Below are positions 39,275 through 47,600 of a stretch of DNA of 64,000 bases, one piece after another; position 1 is the first letter of the stretch, and every line of letters starts with the position of its first letter. Made by a program: the position numbers and the translations under genes. The notes under the pieces are model-generated. The model worked only from the letters and a program-made list of their open reading frames with translations. It had not been told where the DNA came from and made no database searches. Source of the stretch: Pseudomonadota bacterium (GTDB lineage Bacteria > Pseudomonadota > Gammaproteobacteria > UBA1113); the NCBI GenBank assembly GCA_021781965.1, contig JAJXVU010000006.1, forward strand, positions 24,948 to 88,947, read 5' to 3'.

Positions 39275-39361
39275 GGCGGGGTGGCGCGCGACAGAGGTCT
39301 CCGGCGCGCGCAGGCACGAGCACGACGGAGAGGTCGCGTGACAGGACCCGGCCAGCTAGGA
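39275..39361 (-). repeat. Right arm of the GC-rich long inverted repeat
   Basis: Reverse complement of 38386..38474, with the core at 39305..39328. It starts 15 nt after the ORF stop codon. Confidence 0.9.
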
Positions 39362-39399
39362 ACTATAATATTTAACACTGGATCATGAGTTCGTTTAGT

Positions 39400-39585
39400 T
39401 CTGTGCAACTCAGTCGATGGATGGACTCAGCCCTCACTTCGTTCGCACTTCGCCCTTCGGGCGCACTGCGTGCGTCAAAAATGCTCGCCGTGCTTCGCAC
39501 TTTTCGCTCGCATTTTTTGCCACGCCTTGTTCGCTGCGCTCACTGGCTCGCAATGACGGTCGTGTAGCTTCCTACTATAAGAATC
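39400..39585 (+). repeat. REP family 2 region (TCGCACTT-type sub-repeats plus the GCTCGCAATGACG core at ~39516..39585)
   Basis: The 3' part matches 27528..27585. The 5' part holds several short TTCGCACT/GCGCACT sub-repeats. It accounts for the spurious ORFs 39385..39567 and 39417..39698. Confidence 0.65.
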
Positions 39586-39619
39586 TATTTCACAGCACGG
39601 TTAGATTCGTGCAGATCAC

Positions 39620-41134
39620 TCAAAGATTAAACTCAATCCCCTGCGCCAACGGCAAATCATTACCCCAATTGATGGTATTGGTTTGGCGTCGCATGTAGGT
39701 TTGCCATGCATCGGAACCGGATTCGCGGCCACCGCCCGTTTCTTTTTCACCACCAAAAGCGCCACCAATTTCCGCACCGGAAGTGCCTATGTTAACATTC
39801 GCTATACCGCAATCACTGCCGCAGGCTGATAAAAACTGCTCTGCTTCGCGCACATCTTGCGTGAATATCGCCGAGGATAAGCCTTGTTTGACATTGTTAT
39901 GTAAAGCAATGGCCTCATCCAACGTATCGTAAGTCATCACATATAAAATAGGCGCAAAAGTTTCGCGTTGTACCACGGGCCAATCGCCCTCTGCTTGAAT
40001 AATAGTAGGCTCTACAAAATAACCCTTGCCGTTGATTCGATGCCCTCCTACCAAAACTTCGCCGCCTAACTCTCGTGCATCGGCAATGGCATTTTCATAG
40101 TCTTTGACGGCGTCGGCACTGATCAATGGTCCCATATGATTGTGTTTGTCTAATGGGTCGCCCACTTTCACTTGTTGATACGCCTTCACCAAGCGCGGCA
40201 CTAAAGTCGCTGCCAATGATTTATGAATAATTAAACGGCGCGTGGTAGTGCAACGTTGCCCGGCAGTGCCCACGGCGCCAAACACGATTGCGGGCACGGC
40301 TAAATTAAAATCAGCCGAGGGTGTGACGATAATGGCATTATTGCCGCCTAGTTCTAATAAGCTCTTACCAAAGCGCTTACTCACCACTTCGGCTACGTGA
40401 CGGCCAGCCGCCGTTGAACCTGTGAAAGAAACCAAAGCCACGCGTTCGTCGTGTATGAATTGTTCAGCAATATCGCGCTCGGAAATAAATACAGAAAAAA
40501 TAGGCGGATAATTATGGGCTTTTAACACCGCATTACAAATATGCTGCACCGCAATCGCGCATAAAGGCGTTTGTCTGGAGGGTTTCCACACCACACTATT
40601 GCCACAAATTGCCGCTATAAAAGCGTTCCACGCCCATACAGCGACTGGAAAATTAAAAGCAGAAATGACGCCGACAACTCCTAGTGGATGCCACTGATCA
40701 TACATGCGATGTTTAGGACGCTCCGAATGCATGGTCTTACCATATAACATACGCGACTGCCCTACTGCAAAATCCGCGATGTCAATCATCTCTTGTACTT
40801 CACCATCGCCTTCTACTTTAGATTTACCCATTTCTAAAGCCACTAAAGATCCCAAAGCATCTTTTTGCGCGCGCAAGGCATCACCCATTAAACGCACCAA
40901 TTCACCGCGTTTAGGTGCAGGCACTTTACGCCATGCTACACTGGCTTTTTGCGCCGCTATTATAATTTTTTCATAATCTTCGGCATCGATTAATTTAACA
41001 GCCGCTAAACGTTCACCGCTGGAAGGATTCAAAGAATCTAAAAATTTAGCACTCCCTGCTAACCATTTTTCACCGCCTATACAACCACCTTCGTTCAAGT
41101 CGGTTAAATTGAGTTGTTGTAAAATGGTTTTCAT
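39620..41134 (-). CDS. Aldehyde dehydrogenase, ALDH7/AmaB-like (alpha-aminoadipic semialdehyde / piperideine-6-carboxylate dehydrogenase type)
   Basis: 504 aa from the ATG at 41134, with an AGGAG Shine-Dalgarno 6 nt upstream. It has ELGGNNA and the catalytic GTAGQRCTT. The N-terminal ...GGEKW....[10 protein letters not shown]... is ALDH7-like. The upstream part of ORF 39620..41359 is translated repeat sequence. Confidence 0.8.
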   Translation of the reverse strand: MKTILQQLNLTDLNEGGCIGGEKWLAGSAKFLDSLNPSSGERLAAVKLIDAEDYEKIIIAAQKASVAWRKVPAPKRGELVRLMGDALRAQKDALGSLVALEMGKSKVEGDGEVQEMIDIADFAVGQSRMLYGKTMHSERPKHRMYDQWHPLGVVGVISAFNFPVAVWAWNAFIAAICGNSVVWKPSRQTPLCAIAVQHICNAVLKAHNYPPIFSVFISERDIAEQFIHDERVALVSFTGSTAAGRHVAEVVSKRFGKSLLELGGNNAIIVTPSADFNLAVPAIVFGAVGTAGQRCTTTRRLIIHKSLAATLVPRLVKAYQQVKVGDPLDKHNHMGPLISADAVKDYENAIADARELGGEVLVGGHRINGKGYFVEPTIIQAEGDWPVVQRETFAPILYVMTYDTLDEAIALHNNVKQGLSSAIFTQDVREAEQFLSACGSDCGIANVNIGTSGAEIGGAFGGEKETGGGRESGSDAWQTYMRRQTNTINWGNDLPLAQGIEFNL

Positions 41135-41206
41135 AAAAACTCCTGTGAAATAATTGCTCATACCGTATAGTAAGAAAAATCTATACTGGATAGATTGGTG
41201 TATATT

Positions 41207-41334
41207 TTTTCTTTCCGCTCGCGGTTCGGAAAATAATGGGGCTCGAAACACAATCGTTACTCGGAAATACCCACGCTCTGAATATCTTTCCGCTCCCTGA
41301 CGGTCGCGGCTCGGATGCAAGCGGCTCGGTTTAT
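41207..41334 (+). repeat. REP family 1, longest copy (several CGCGG(C/T)TCGGAA modules; core at 41290..41314)
   Basis: It shares CCGCTCCCTGACGGTCGCGGCTCGGA with 6592..6617. It lies upstream of the ALDH gene. Confidence 0.8.
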
Positions 41335-41529
41335 CCATTTGCAGCCGGGCCGTAGTCATTAGGATGAGTAGTTACCCCGTGACTATGTTGATCCCGGATA
41401 TAGCTATTTCTATGCTAGCATAGTTACTTCATAGGAGCGAGTAGTTGTCCCCCTTATCTTCTGACTAAAAATTGTGCTGCTTTATCGCGGAATGTCAGCT
41501 TTCTCATGCTAAACCTTTAATTTTGTGTT

Positions 41530-41931
41530 ATGCTTTTAAAAAATCAGAAGAAGATTACCATGAGCCAATACATCCGCAAGCATTTAAACAGCGATGAACA
41601 CATCATTTTTGAGACCACATATCATTGGATTATTTTTACAAGCTTATTTGCAATCTTTACTTTATTTTTATCGCCGATCATTCAATTCAACACATCGGAA
41701 TTTTGTATTACCAATCGGCGTATTGTCGTTAAATTGGGGTGGATACGATTGAAGATTACAGAAATGAGCTTAAGTAAAGTTGAAAGTACCGAAGTGGATC
41801 AAAACTTATTGGGGCGATTATTGGGTTATGGCACCCTCAGTCTTCATGGTACAGGCGGTACAGTGGAAAAATTCTTCTATGTAAAGCAGCCATTAAATTT
41901 TAAAAACCAATTTGATAGATTGTCTCAATGA
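41530..41931 (+). CDS. Bacterial PH-domain (bPH_2/YdbS-like) membrane protein
   Basis: Two N-terminal TM helices, then ...ITNRRIVVKLGWIRLKITEMSLSKVESTEVDQNLLGRLLGYGTL. The start may be the Met at 41560. Confidence 0.6.
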   Translation: MLLKNQKKITMSQYIRKHLNSDEHIIFETTYHWIIFTSLFAIFTLFLSPIIQFNTSEFCITNRRIVVKLGWIRLKITEMSLSKVESTEVDQNLLGRLLGYGTLSLHGTGGTVEKFFYVKQPLNFKNQFDRLSQ

Positions 41932-42028
41932 TAGTTAAAAATAACTACTCATATCGTATGAATGATTTCAATAGCGAGGAGGTTAAACATACGCCCTACG
42001 CATTTTATTTTTAGGTTTAACGCATTGC

Positions 42029-43126
42029 TCAGCTTATGCTATTCGCATAATACTGCCCAAAACGATTCGCTAGAAAGTCTTCTAACTTAGTATTTTCTTG
42101 GTAAATAAACCCTTTCTTTTGGCCGTTACCATTTAACGTTAAATCAACCATCGCACAAATAGCTGCCGCTGTAGTGACTTGTATGGCTGACCAACGTTGG
42201 CCTGCTATATCCTTAGGATACACTTTGTAAACTAGATTATCTTCCATAAATACGCCATCTACATATCCAGAAACTGAAACATACACTAAGACTACATCCT
42301 GATATGTCTTAGGAACAGCACGCTCTAGAATAGTTTTTAAAGCACTTCTATCTTCATTTAAACGCAGATCATTCATCAAAAAATGAATTTTCTCGCAATG
42401 CCCTGGATAGCGCAAAGTACGATAGTTCATTGTACGCACTTTGCCTTGATATAATTCTGCTAAGCTACCCAAACCACCCGAAGTATTAAAGGCTTCATAT
42501 TGCACGCCATCTAATTCTACGGCTTCTAATCCTTCTAGAGGCCTCACCCACATTAAATCGCCGTCTACAATCGCTACACACAAATTACCGTATTCATTGA
42601 TTAAACCATCCGTAGACCAAGTCAGCGCATATCGCAGTGCATTATTAGAGTTCACCGGCAAAGCACCTACACGCATTTTTACCGTATCTAAAGCAGAGAA
42701 TTTTTTCATAAGATGATGTGCAGCTATGCCTATAAATCCAGGGGCTAAACCACATTGCGGCACAAAGGCCGTGCTTGCGCCTTCGGCGATTTTTTTTACC
42801 GCAGCCGTGACTTCGGTGTCTTCCGTTAAGTCAAAATAATGCAGATTAAATTTTTTGGCGCATCGTGCAACGGCAGGATTACAATAAAAGGGTAAACTAG
42901 AAACGATGACATCGTGTGGATTATCACGTAAGAATGCATCTAGGCTTTTTTCATCGCTTACATCCACTATAACTTTATGTAACACAGCGCTTTCTTGTAA
43001 ACGGCGCACATCGTGTCCAGAAAAATCAGTATCTAATAATGTGACCTGGTAATCACCGCTGTCTAAAAGTAATGTACTTATTAACGAGCCAATTTTACCG
43101 GCTCCGGCTACAATAATTTTATGCAT
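42029..43126 (-). CDS. Saccharopine dehydrogenase family NAD(P)-binding protein
   Basis: 365 aa. N-terminal Rossmann IIVAGAGKIGS. The length and C-terminal domain pattern fit the saccharopine dehydrogenase family. Confidence 0.7.
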   Translation of the reverse strand: MHKIIVAGAGKIGSLISTLLLDSGDYQVTLLDTDFSGHDVRRLQESAVLHKVIVDVSDEKSLDAFLRDNPHDVIVSSLPFYCNPAVARCAKKFNLHYFDLTEDTEVTAAVKKIAEGASTAFVPQCGLAPGFIGIAAHHLMKKFSALDTVKMRVGALPVNSNNALRYALTWSTDGLINEYGNLCVAIVDGDLMWVRPLEGLEAVELDGVQYEAFNTSGGLGSLAELYQGKVRTMNYRTLRYPGHCEKIHFLMNDLRLNEDRSALKTILERAVPKTYQDVVLVYVSVSGYVDGVFMEDNLVYKVYPKDIAGQRWSAIQVTTAAAICAMVDLTLNGNGQKKGFIYQENTKLEDFLANRFGQYYANSIS

Positions 43127-43153
43127 TTGATATGTTCCTTATATTCAATCAGT

Positions 43154-43177
43154 ATCCGCGACCGTTAGGGAGCGGAT
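43154..43177 (-). repeat. REP family 1 short copy (ATCCGCGACCGTTAGGGAGCGGAT), hairpin-forming
   Basis: Inverted-orientation match to the core. Self-complementary ends ATCCGC/GCGGAT. It lies between the nuclease stop and the saccharopine dehydrogenase start. Confidence 0.7.
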
Positions 43178-43178
43178 A

Positions 43179-44021
43179 TTACGACATAGCGTACCATGCA
43201 TTTAAGTTTTGCGCCAACCTATAGCCCGCCAAAACAATTTGCCTTTCACAAACAATTTGTGCATTTTTCTGCGCTTTTAGGGTGATCGAATGCTGCGAAA
43301 CCGCTTCATAAGCATATTCTACCGCCAAAGAATGACTATCCTTTGCCCAGTTTAGAGGCTCCTTATCGGTTAAAGCTGCAGCAAATTCTTTAGGTGGATA
43401 CAATGCTTGCCATTCTTTAGCTAAAGCCCGTATTTTCTTTTTATTTAAATTCGTATTTTGCGGCCATAAGCCACATCCACCATCCCAAAACGCATGCAGA
43501 TTAGGATAATCGCTATCTTGCAACAAATAACGATTGCCGCCGGCATCGCCCTGTGGATAGTTAGCACTATAGTAGCTAATCGTGTGCATCGGTTGATGAA
43601 TATCTCCTAGCCAATGCAAATAAAAACGCAGTGCTGCACCTTTTTCCCCAGCACTCGCTTCTTTATTCTGTAATATCGCAGCGTCTACCTGTATGGCTGT
43701 CACAATATTGGGACTAATTGTCGTTTGATTTAAACAACCATCGCCGTCACAATAGGGTAAATTGATATAATGCCACGTATCGTATTGTGAGGTATTTGGC
43801 CGAATCCAATCTGCCCAAGCAGCGCTATTGCTAAAGGATAAAGGATGCGGATACCACGGTCCTGGTGTTTGCAATAGTTGCAGTACAGCTTTTTTTGCAG
43901 TGGGTGTTAAATTTTCGTAGGCAATTTCTGCGACCAGTTTATGGCCATTGCTGTCCCAGGCGTATAAAGATGGGGATAAAATAATAATAAAAACGGATAA
44001 AACAACCTTCAACAATCGCAC
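43179..44021 (-). CDS. Secreted S1/P1-type (zinc-dependent, single-strand-specific) nuclease
   Basis: Signal peptide, then a mature N-terminus W-DSNGH (Zn ligands), WHYINLP, and HWLGDIHQPMH. Confidence 0.85.
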   Translation of the reverse strand: MRLLKVVLSVFIIILSPSLYAWDSNGHKLVAEIAYENLTPTAKKAVLQLLQTPGPWYPHPLSFSNSAAWADWIRPNTSQYDTWHYINLPYCDGDGCLNQTTISPNIVTAIQVDAAILQNKEASAGEKGAALRFYLHWLGDIHQPMHTISYYSANYPQGDAGGNRYLLQDSDYPNLHAFWDGGCGLWPQNTNLNKKKIRALAKEWQALYPPKEFAAALTDKEPLNWAKDSHSLAVEYAYEAVSQHSITLKAQKNAQIVCERQIVLAGYRLAQNLNAWYAMS

Positions 44022-44422
44022 AACGGCGCACCCAAATGCTGCAAAATACGTCTGTTGGGAGGTGGAAAAATGTGTTGTGTCAATTGCGATTTATCGACCC
44101 AGCGTAATTCATCGACAGCTAAGGGTTTAGGTTCGCCTTGATACTGTTTGACTTGCCAAACACTAAAGAAAATCTTTTTTTCTATTTCATAGACATAATC
44201 AAATAACAGTTCAGCTGATATCACTTCTATAGCCAATTCTTCTTTTAGTTCGCGAGACAAGGCTTCATAGGTTGTTTCCGTTGCTTCAACTTTACCACCA
44301 GGAAACTCCCAAAATCCGGCTAAAGGTTTTCCCTGTGGTCGCAGCCCTAATAGATATAATCCTTGTTCATTTTGAATAATACCGATTACTACATTGAGCA
44401 CTATCGCACCGCACCATGGCAT
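44009..44422 (-). CDS. mutT: NUDIX hydrolase MutT (8-oxo-dGTP diphosphatase)
   Basis: Nudix box [26 protein letters not shown]. It lies downstream of secA, as in E. coli. Confidence 0.85.
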   Translation of the reverse strand: MPWCGAIVLNVVIGIIQNEQGLYLLGLRPQGKPLAGFWEFPGGKVEATETTYEALSRELKEELAIEVISAELLFDYVYEIEKKIFFSVWQVKQYQGEPKPLAVDELRWVDKSQLTQHIFPPPNRRILQHLGAPLCDC

Positions 44423-47100
44423 TGCTTAAATTTTCGGCCTGAACCACAAGGACAAACATCGTTGCGGCCTGTTTTTTTATCGCTGCGTGAAAAAGGCAAT
44501 GTTTTACTGTCATCTGGCATCGGTTCTTCAACAGTGAGATCTTCATGCAAATAACGCACCTTACCACTATCTAATATACTCGGTGGTGGTGCTTCAACGG
44601 CATTGAGTTCTACTTCATTGGGAATTTCCAATTGCATTAAATTACTGATGATATCGTAACGCAAAGTTTTTAGCATAGCACCAAACAATTCAAATGCTTC
44701 ACGCTTATATTCTTGTTTAGGATTTTTCTGTGCATAACCGCGCAAATGAATACCTTGACGTAAATAATCCATAGTTGCTAGATGTTCTTTCCAATGTTGA
44801 TCTAATTGTTGCAACAATACTGCTTTTTCAATATGTCTCATTATGTCTGGGTTGACCGAGAGCCATTTATTTTCATAGCTATTTTCCATAACTTCTTTTA
44901 TTTTTTGCCTTAAGCCTTCTTCATTCAGTTGATCGTCTGCCGCCAACCAAGTACTCACTGGCAACGCAACATGAAATGCACTTTGAAATTCAGCTTCTAA
45001 AGATTCAACAGCCCATTCTTCCGCAAAACTACCTGGGGCAATAAATTGTTCTATGGTTTCTTCCGTCACATCGCTTAACATCAAACGTATCGTTTCAGAA
45101 ACATTATCGGCAGCCAACAACGAATTGCGTTGCTCGTAAATCACCTTACGTTGTTCATTGGCAACATCGTCGTATTCTAACAATTGCTTCCGTATATCGA
45201 AGTTAAAACCTTCCACCTTGCGCTGTGCACCAGCAATGATGCGATTCAACATAGGGTGTTCCATCGCTTCATCGGGTTGCCCTAAACGAGCAATAAAACC
45301 CGCTACTTTTTCGGAGGCAAAAATACGCAATAAATTGTCATCCATACCCAGATAAAATCGACTAGAACCTGGATCGCCTTGACGCCCAGATCGGCCGCGC
45401 AATTGGTTGTCTATGCGCCTAGATTCATGGCGCTCGGTGCCCAACACATGTAAACCACCGGCAGCAACTACAATTTCATGACGCTTTTGCCAATCAGCAG
45501 TATGGGCTGTGATATCTTCTGCGGTAGCATTCGTTAAATTCGCTAATTCACTACTCAGTTGTCCACCCAAGACTATGTCAGTACCGCGACCCGCCATATT
45601 CGTAGCAATGGTCACCGCTCCTGGCCTACCCGCTTCGGCAATGATAGAAGCCTCGCGTTCATGCTGCTTAGCATTGAGCACTTCGTGCTTTATTTTTTCA
45701 GCCGTCAATAACTTAGATAGATGTTCAGAAATTTCAATAGATATGGTGCCTACTAAAACAGGTTGCTTTTTCGCCACACATTCTTTAATTTCAGCAACTA
45801 CCGCTTTAAACTTTTCCTCGCGATTCACGTACACTTTATCGGGATAATCCACACGCACCACACCTCTATTCGGCGGAATCGCTACCACTTCTAAACCATA
45901 GATTTGGTGAAATTCGTAGGCTTCGGTATCCGCGGTTCCGGTCATGCCGGCTAATTTGTCATATAACCTGAAATAATTTTGAAAGGTAATAGAAGCTAGC
46001 GTTTGATTTTCGCTCTGCACCGCCACGCCTTCTTTGGCTTCCACCGCTTGATGTAAGCCATCGGACCAACGGCGTCCTACCATCAATCGCCCCGTGTGTT
46101 CATCAACGATGAAGATTTCATCGTTTTTAACCACATAATCTACATCACGCTGATAGATAAAATGAGCGCGCAAAGCAGCATTGATATGATGCATTAATAT
46201 TATATTTTGGGTGTCGTATAAGCTTTTATGCGTTTTAATAAGGTTTGCTTTTATTAACAATTTTTCTATATGCGCATGACCTGCTTCAGATAAAAACACT
46301 TGTTTTGCTTTTTCATCCACATAAAAATCGCCTTCGCTTTCTTCACTGGTTTGGCGTGTTAATTGTGGCGCAATCTCATTGATGTGACTATACAATTCAG
46401 CGCCCCCTTCCGAAGGGCCAGAAATGATCAAGGGCGTGCGTGCTTCGTCGATTAAAATGGAGTCCACTTCGTCGACGATGGCAAAATAATTGTCACGTTG
46501 CACTTTGTTTTGCAGACTAAAGGCCATATTATCGCGCAAATAGTCAAATCCAAATTCATTGTTAGTACCGTAGGTGATGTCAGCCAAATAAGCGGCACGT
46601 TTTTCTTCGGGGGATATTTGCGATAGATTAATGCCTACCGTTAAGCCTAAAAATTGATAGATAGGCTCCATCCATTGCGCGTCACGTTTGGCCAAATAAT
46701 CATTAACGGTCACGATATGTACGCCGCGTCCCGTCAAAGCATTTAAATAAGCCGCTAAGGTAGCCATCAAGGTTTTGCCTTCACCGGTTAACATTTCGGC
46801 AATATTGCCTTCGTGCAACACCATACCGCCTATTAATTGGACATCGAAATGGCGTAGACCTAAAGTACGAGCAGATGCTTCGCGCGCTGCGGCAAAAGCT
46901 TCTGGCAATAAACTGTCCAAAGATTCGCCGTTGGCAAAACGTTCTTTAAATTGTGCAGTTTTTGCCTTGATATCCTCGTCGCTTAAGGCCTTAAAATCCG
47001 CTTCCAAAGCATTGATGCGTGCAACTTGCTGATACAAACGACGCAAAATGCGCTCATTGCGACTCCCAAAAATACGTTTGACGATATTGGTCAATGCCAT
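44401..47100 (-). CDS. secA: Preprotein translocase ATPase SecA
   Basis: 899 aa from the ATG at 47100 ([16 protein letters not shown]...). DEAD-like motor motifs and a C-terminal Zn finger [14 protein letters not shown]. The ORF-track start at 47130 adds 10 unlikely residues. Confidence 0.95.
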   Translation of the reverse strand: MALTNIVKRIFGSRNERILRRLYQQVARINALEADFKALSDEDIKAKTAQFKERFANGESLDSLLPEAFAAAREASARTLGLRHFDVQLIGGMVLHEGNIAEMLTGEGKTLMATLAAYLNALTGRGVHIVTVNDYLAKRDAQWMEPIYQFLGLTVGINLSQISPEEKRAAYLADITYGTNNEFGFDYLRDNMAFSLQNKVQRDNYFAIVDEVDSILIDEARTPLIISGPSEGGAELYSHINEIAPQLTRQTSEESEGDFYVDEKAKQVFLSEAGHAHIEKLLIKANLIKTHKSLYDTQNIILMHHINAALRAHFIYQRDVDYVVKNDEIFIVDEHTGRLMVGRRWSDGLHQAVEAKEGVAVQSENQTLASITFQNYFRLYDKLAGMTGTADTEAYEFHQIYGLEVVAIPPNRGVVRVDYPDKVYVNREEKFKAVVAEIKECVAKKQPVLVGTISIEISEHLSKLLTAEKIKHEVLNAKQHEREASIIAEAGRPGAVTIATNMAGRGTDIVLGGQLSSELANLTNATAEDITAHTADWQKRHEIVVAAGGLHVLGTERHESRRIDNQLRGRSGRQGDPGSSRFYLGMDDNLLRIFASEKVAGFIARLGQPDEAMEHPMLNRIIAGAQRKVEGFNFDIRKQLLEYDDVANEQRKVIYEQRNSLLAADNVSETIRLMLSDVTEETIEQFIAPGSFAEEWAVESLEAEFQSAFHVALPVSTWLAADDQLNEEGLRQKIKEVMENSYENKWLSVNPDIMRHIEKAVLLQQLDQHWKEHLATMDYLRQGIHLRGYAQKNPKQEYKREAFELFGAMLKTLRYDIISNLMQLEIPNEVELNAVEAPPPSILDSGKVRYLHEDLTVEEPMPDDSKTLPFSRSDKKTGRNDVCPCGSGRKFKQCHGAVR

Positions 47101-47132
47101 AGCCAGTTTTTTCCTCTTAATTCTGTACAATC

Positions 47133-47263
47133 TATACTCTTCGCATTTGATTCTTAGGCTTTGTTGCCTTCGCCCATCTCGCCCCCAGTATATGACAGAA
47201 GTACGTCACTCCTGGTGCTCGCGAGCTAGTCTTCTCGCTTAATAATCAACTGCTATGAGTATA
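47133..47263 (+). mobile_element. MITE-like element, full copy A (~131 bp, ~20-bp imperfect terminal inverted repeats)
   Basis: 5' end TATACTCTTCGCATTTGATT versus the reverse complement of the 3' end TATACTCATAGCAGTTGATT (17/20). About 80% identical by hand alignment to 51285..51411. It lies 33 nt upstream of the secA start. Confidence 0.75.
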
Positions 47264-47600
47264 TTACATAATGTGACCGCTTATTGTACCCTACTTCGGG
47301 AAGAAATGCGAAGCAGCACCTGAAAGCGCCGCATTTATAGTTACACTTTTTCTCACCCCAGTATTCACTTCAGCCACGTACAGGATGACGCTCGGTCCTC
47401 TGTATACGGCACTACAGCCCCCTTTTTTCGCTCAAAATGTAGACATATCTGGTGGATAATGCTATTCTCTGCGGCACCCTATTGTACTTGAAAGCACGAA
47501 TACCCCATCTTGGGGAAGCGCTCTCTATACCATGGCGGGATTGAGTGTATTTCTTGCATAGGCTGTATTTAAATACCATATTATAATTGAAGGAGGTAAA

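Noticed and set aside
38386-39361. Phase-variable inverton (promoter flip) as the explanation for the inverted repeats.
   Set aside because: The candidate promoter and the ORF are both inside the repeats, so inversion would not uncouple them. No invertase gene is adjacent, and the arms are far longer than typical inverton repeats. Inversion itself is still worth testing.
41135-41359. 75-codon N-terminal extension of the aldehyde dehydrogenase ORF.
   Set aside because: It is a translation of REP family 1 sequence (the SRDRQGAE peptide also appears in the spurious ORF 6498..6725). A good AGGAG-ATG start exists at 41134 and matches the family N-terminus.
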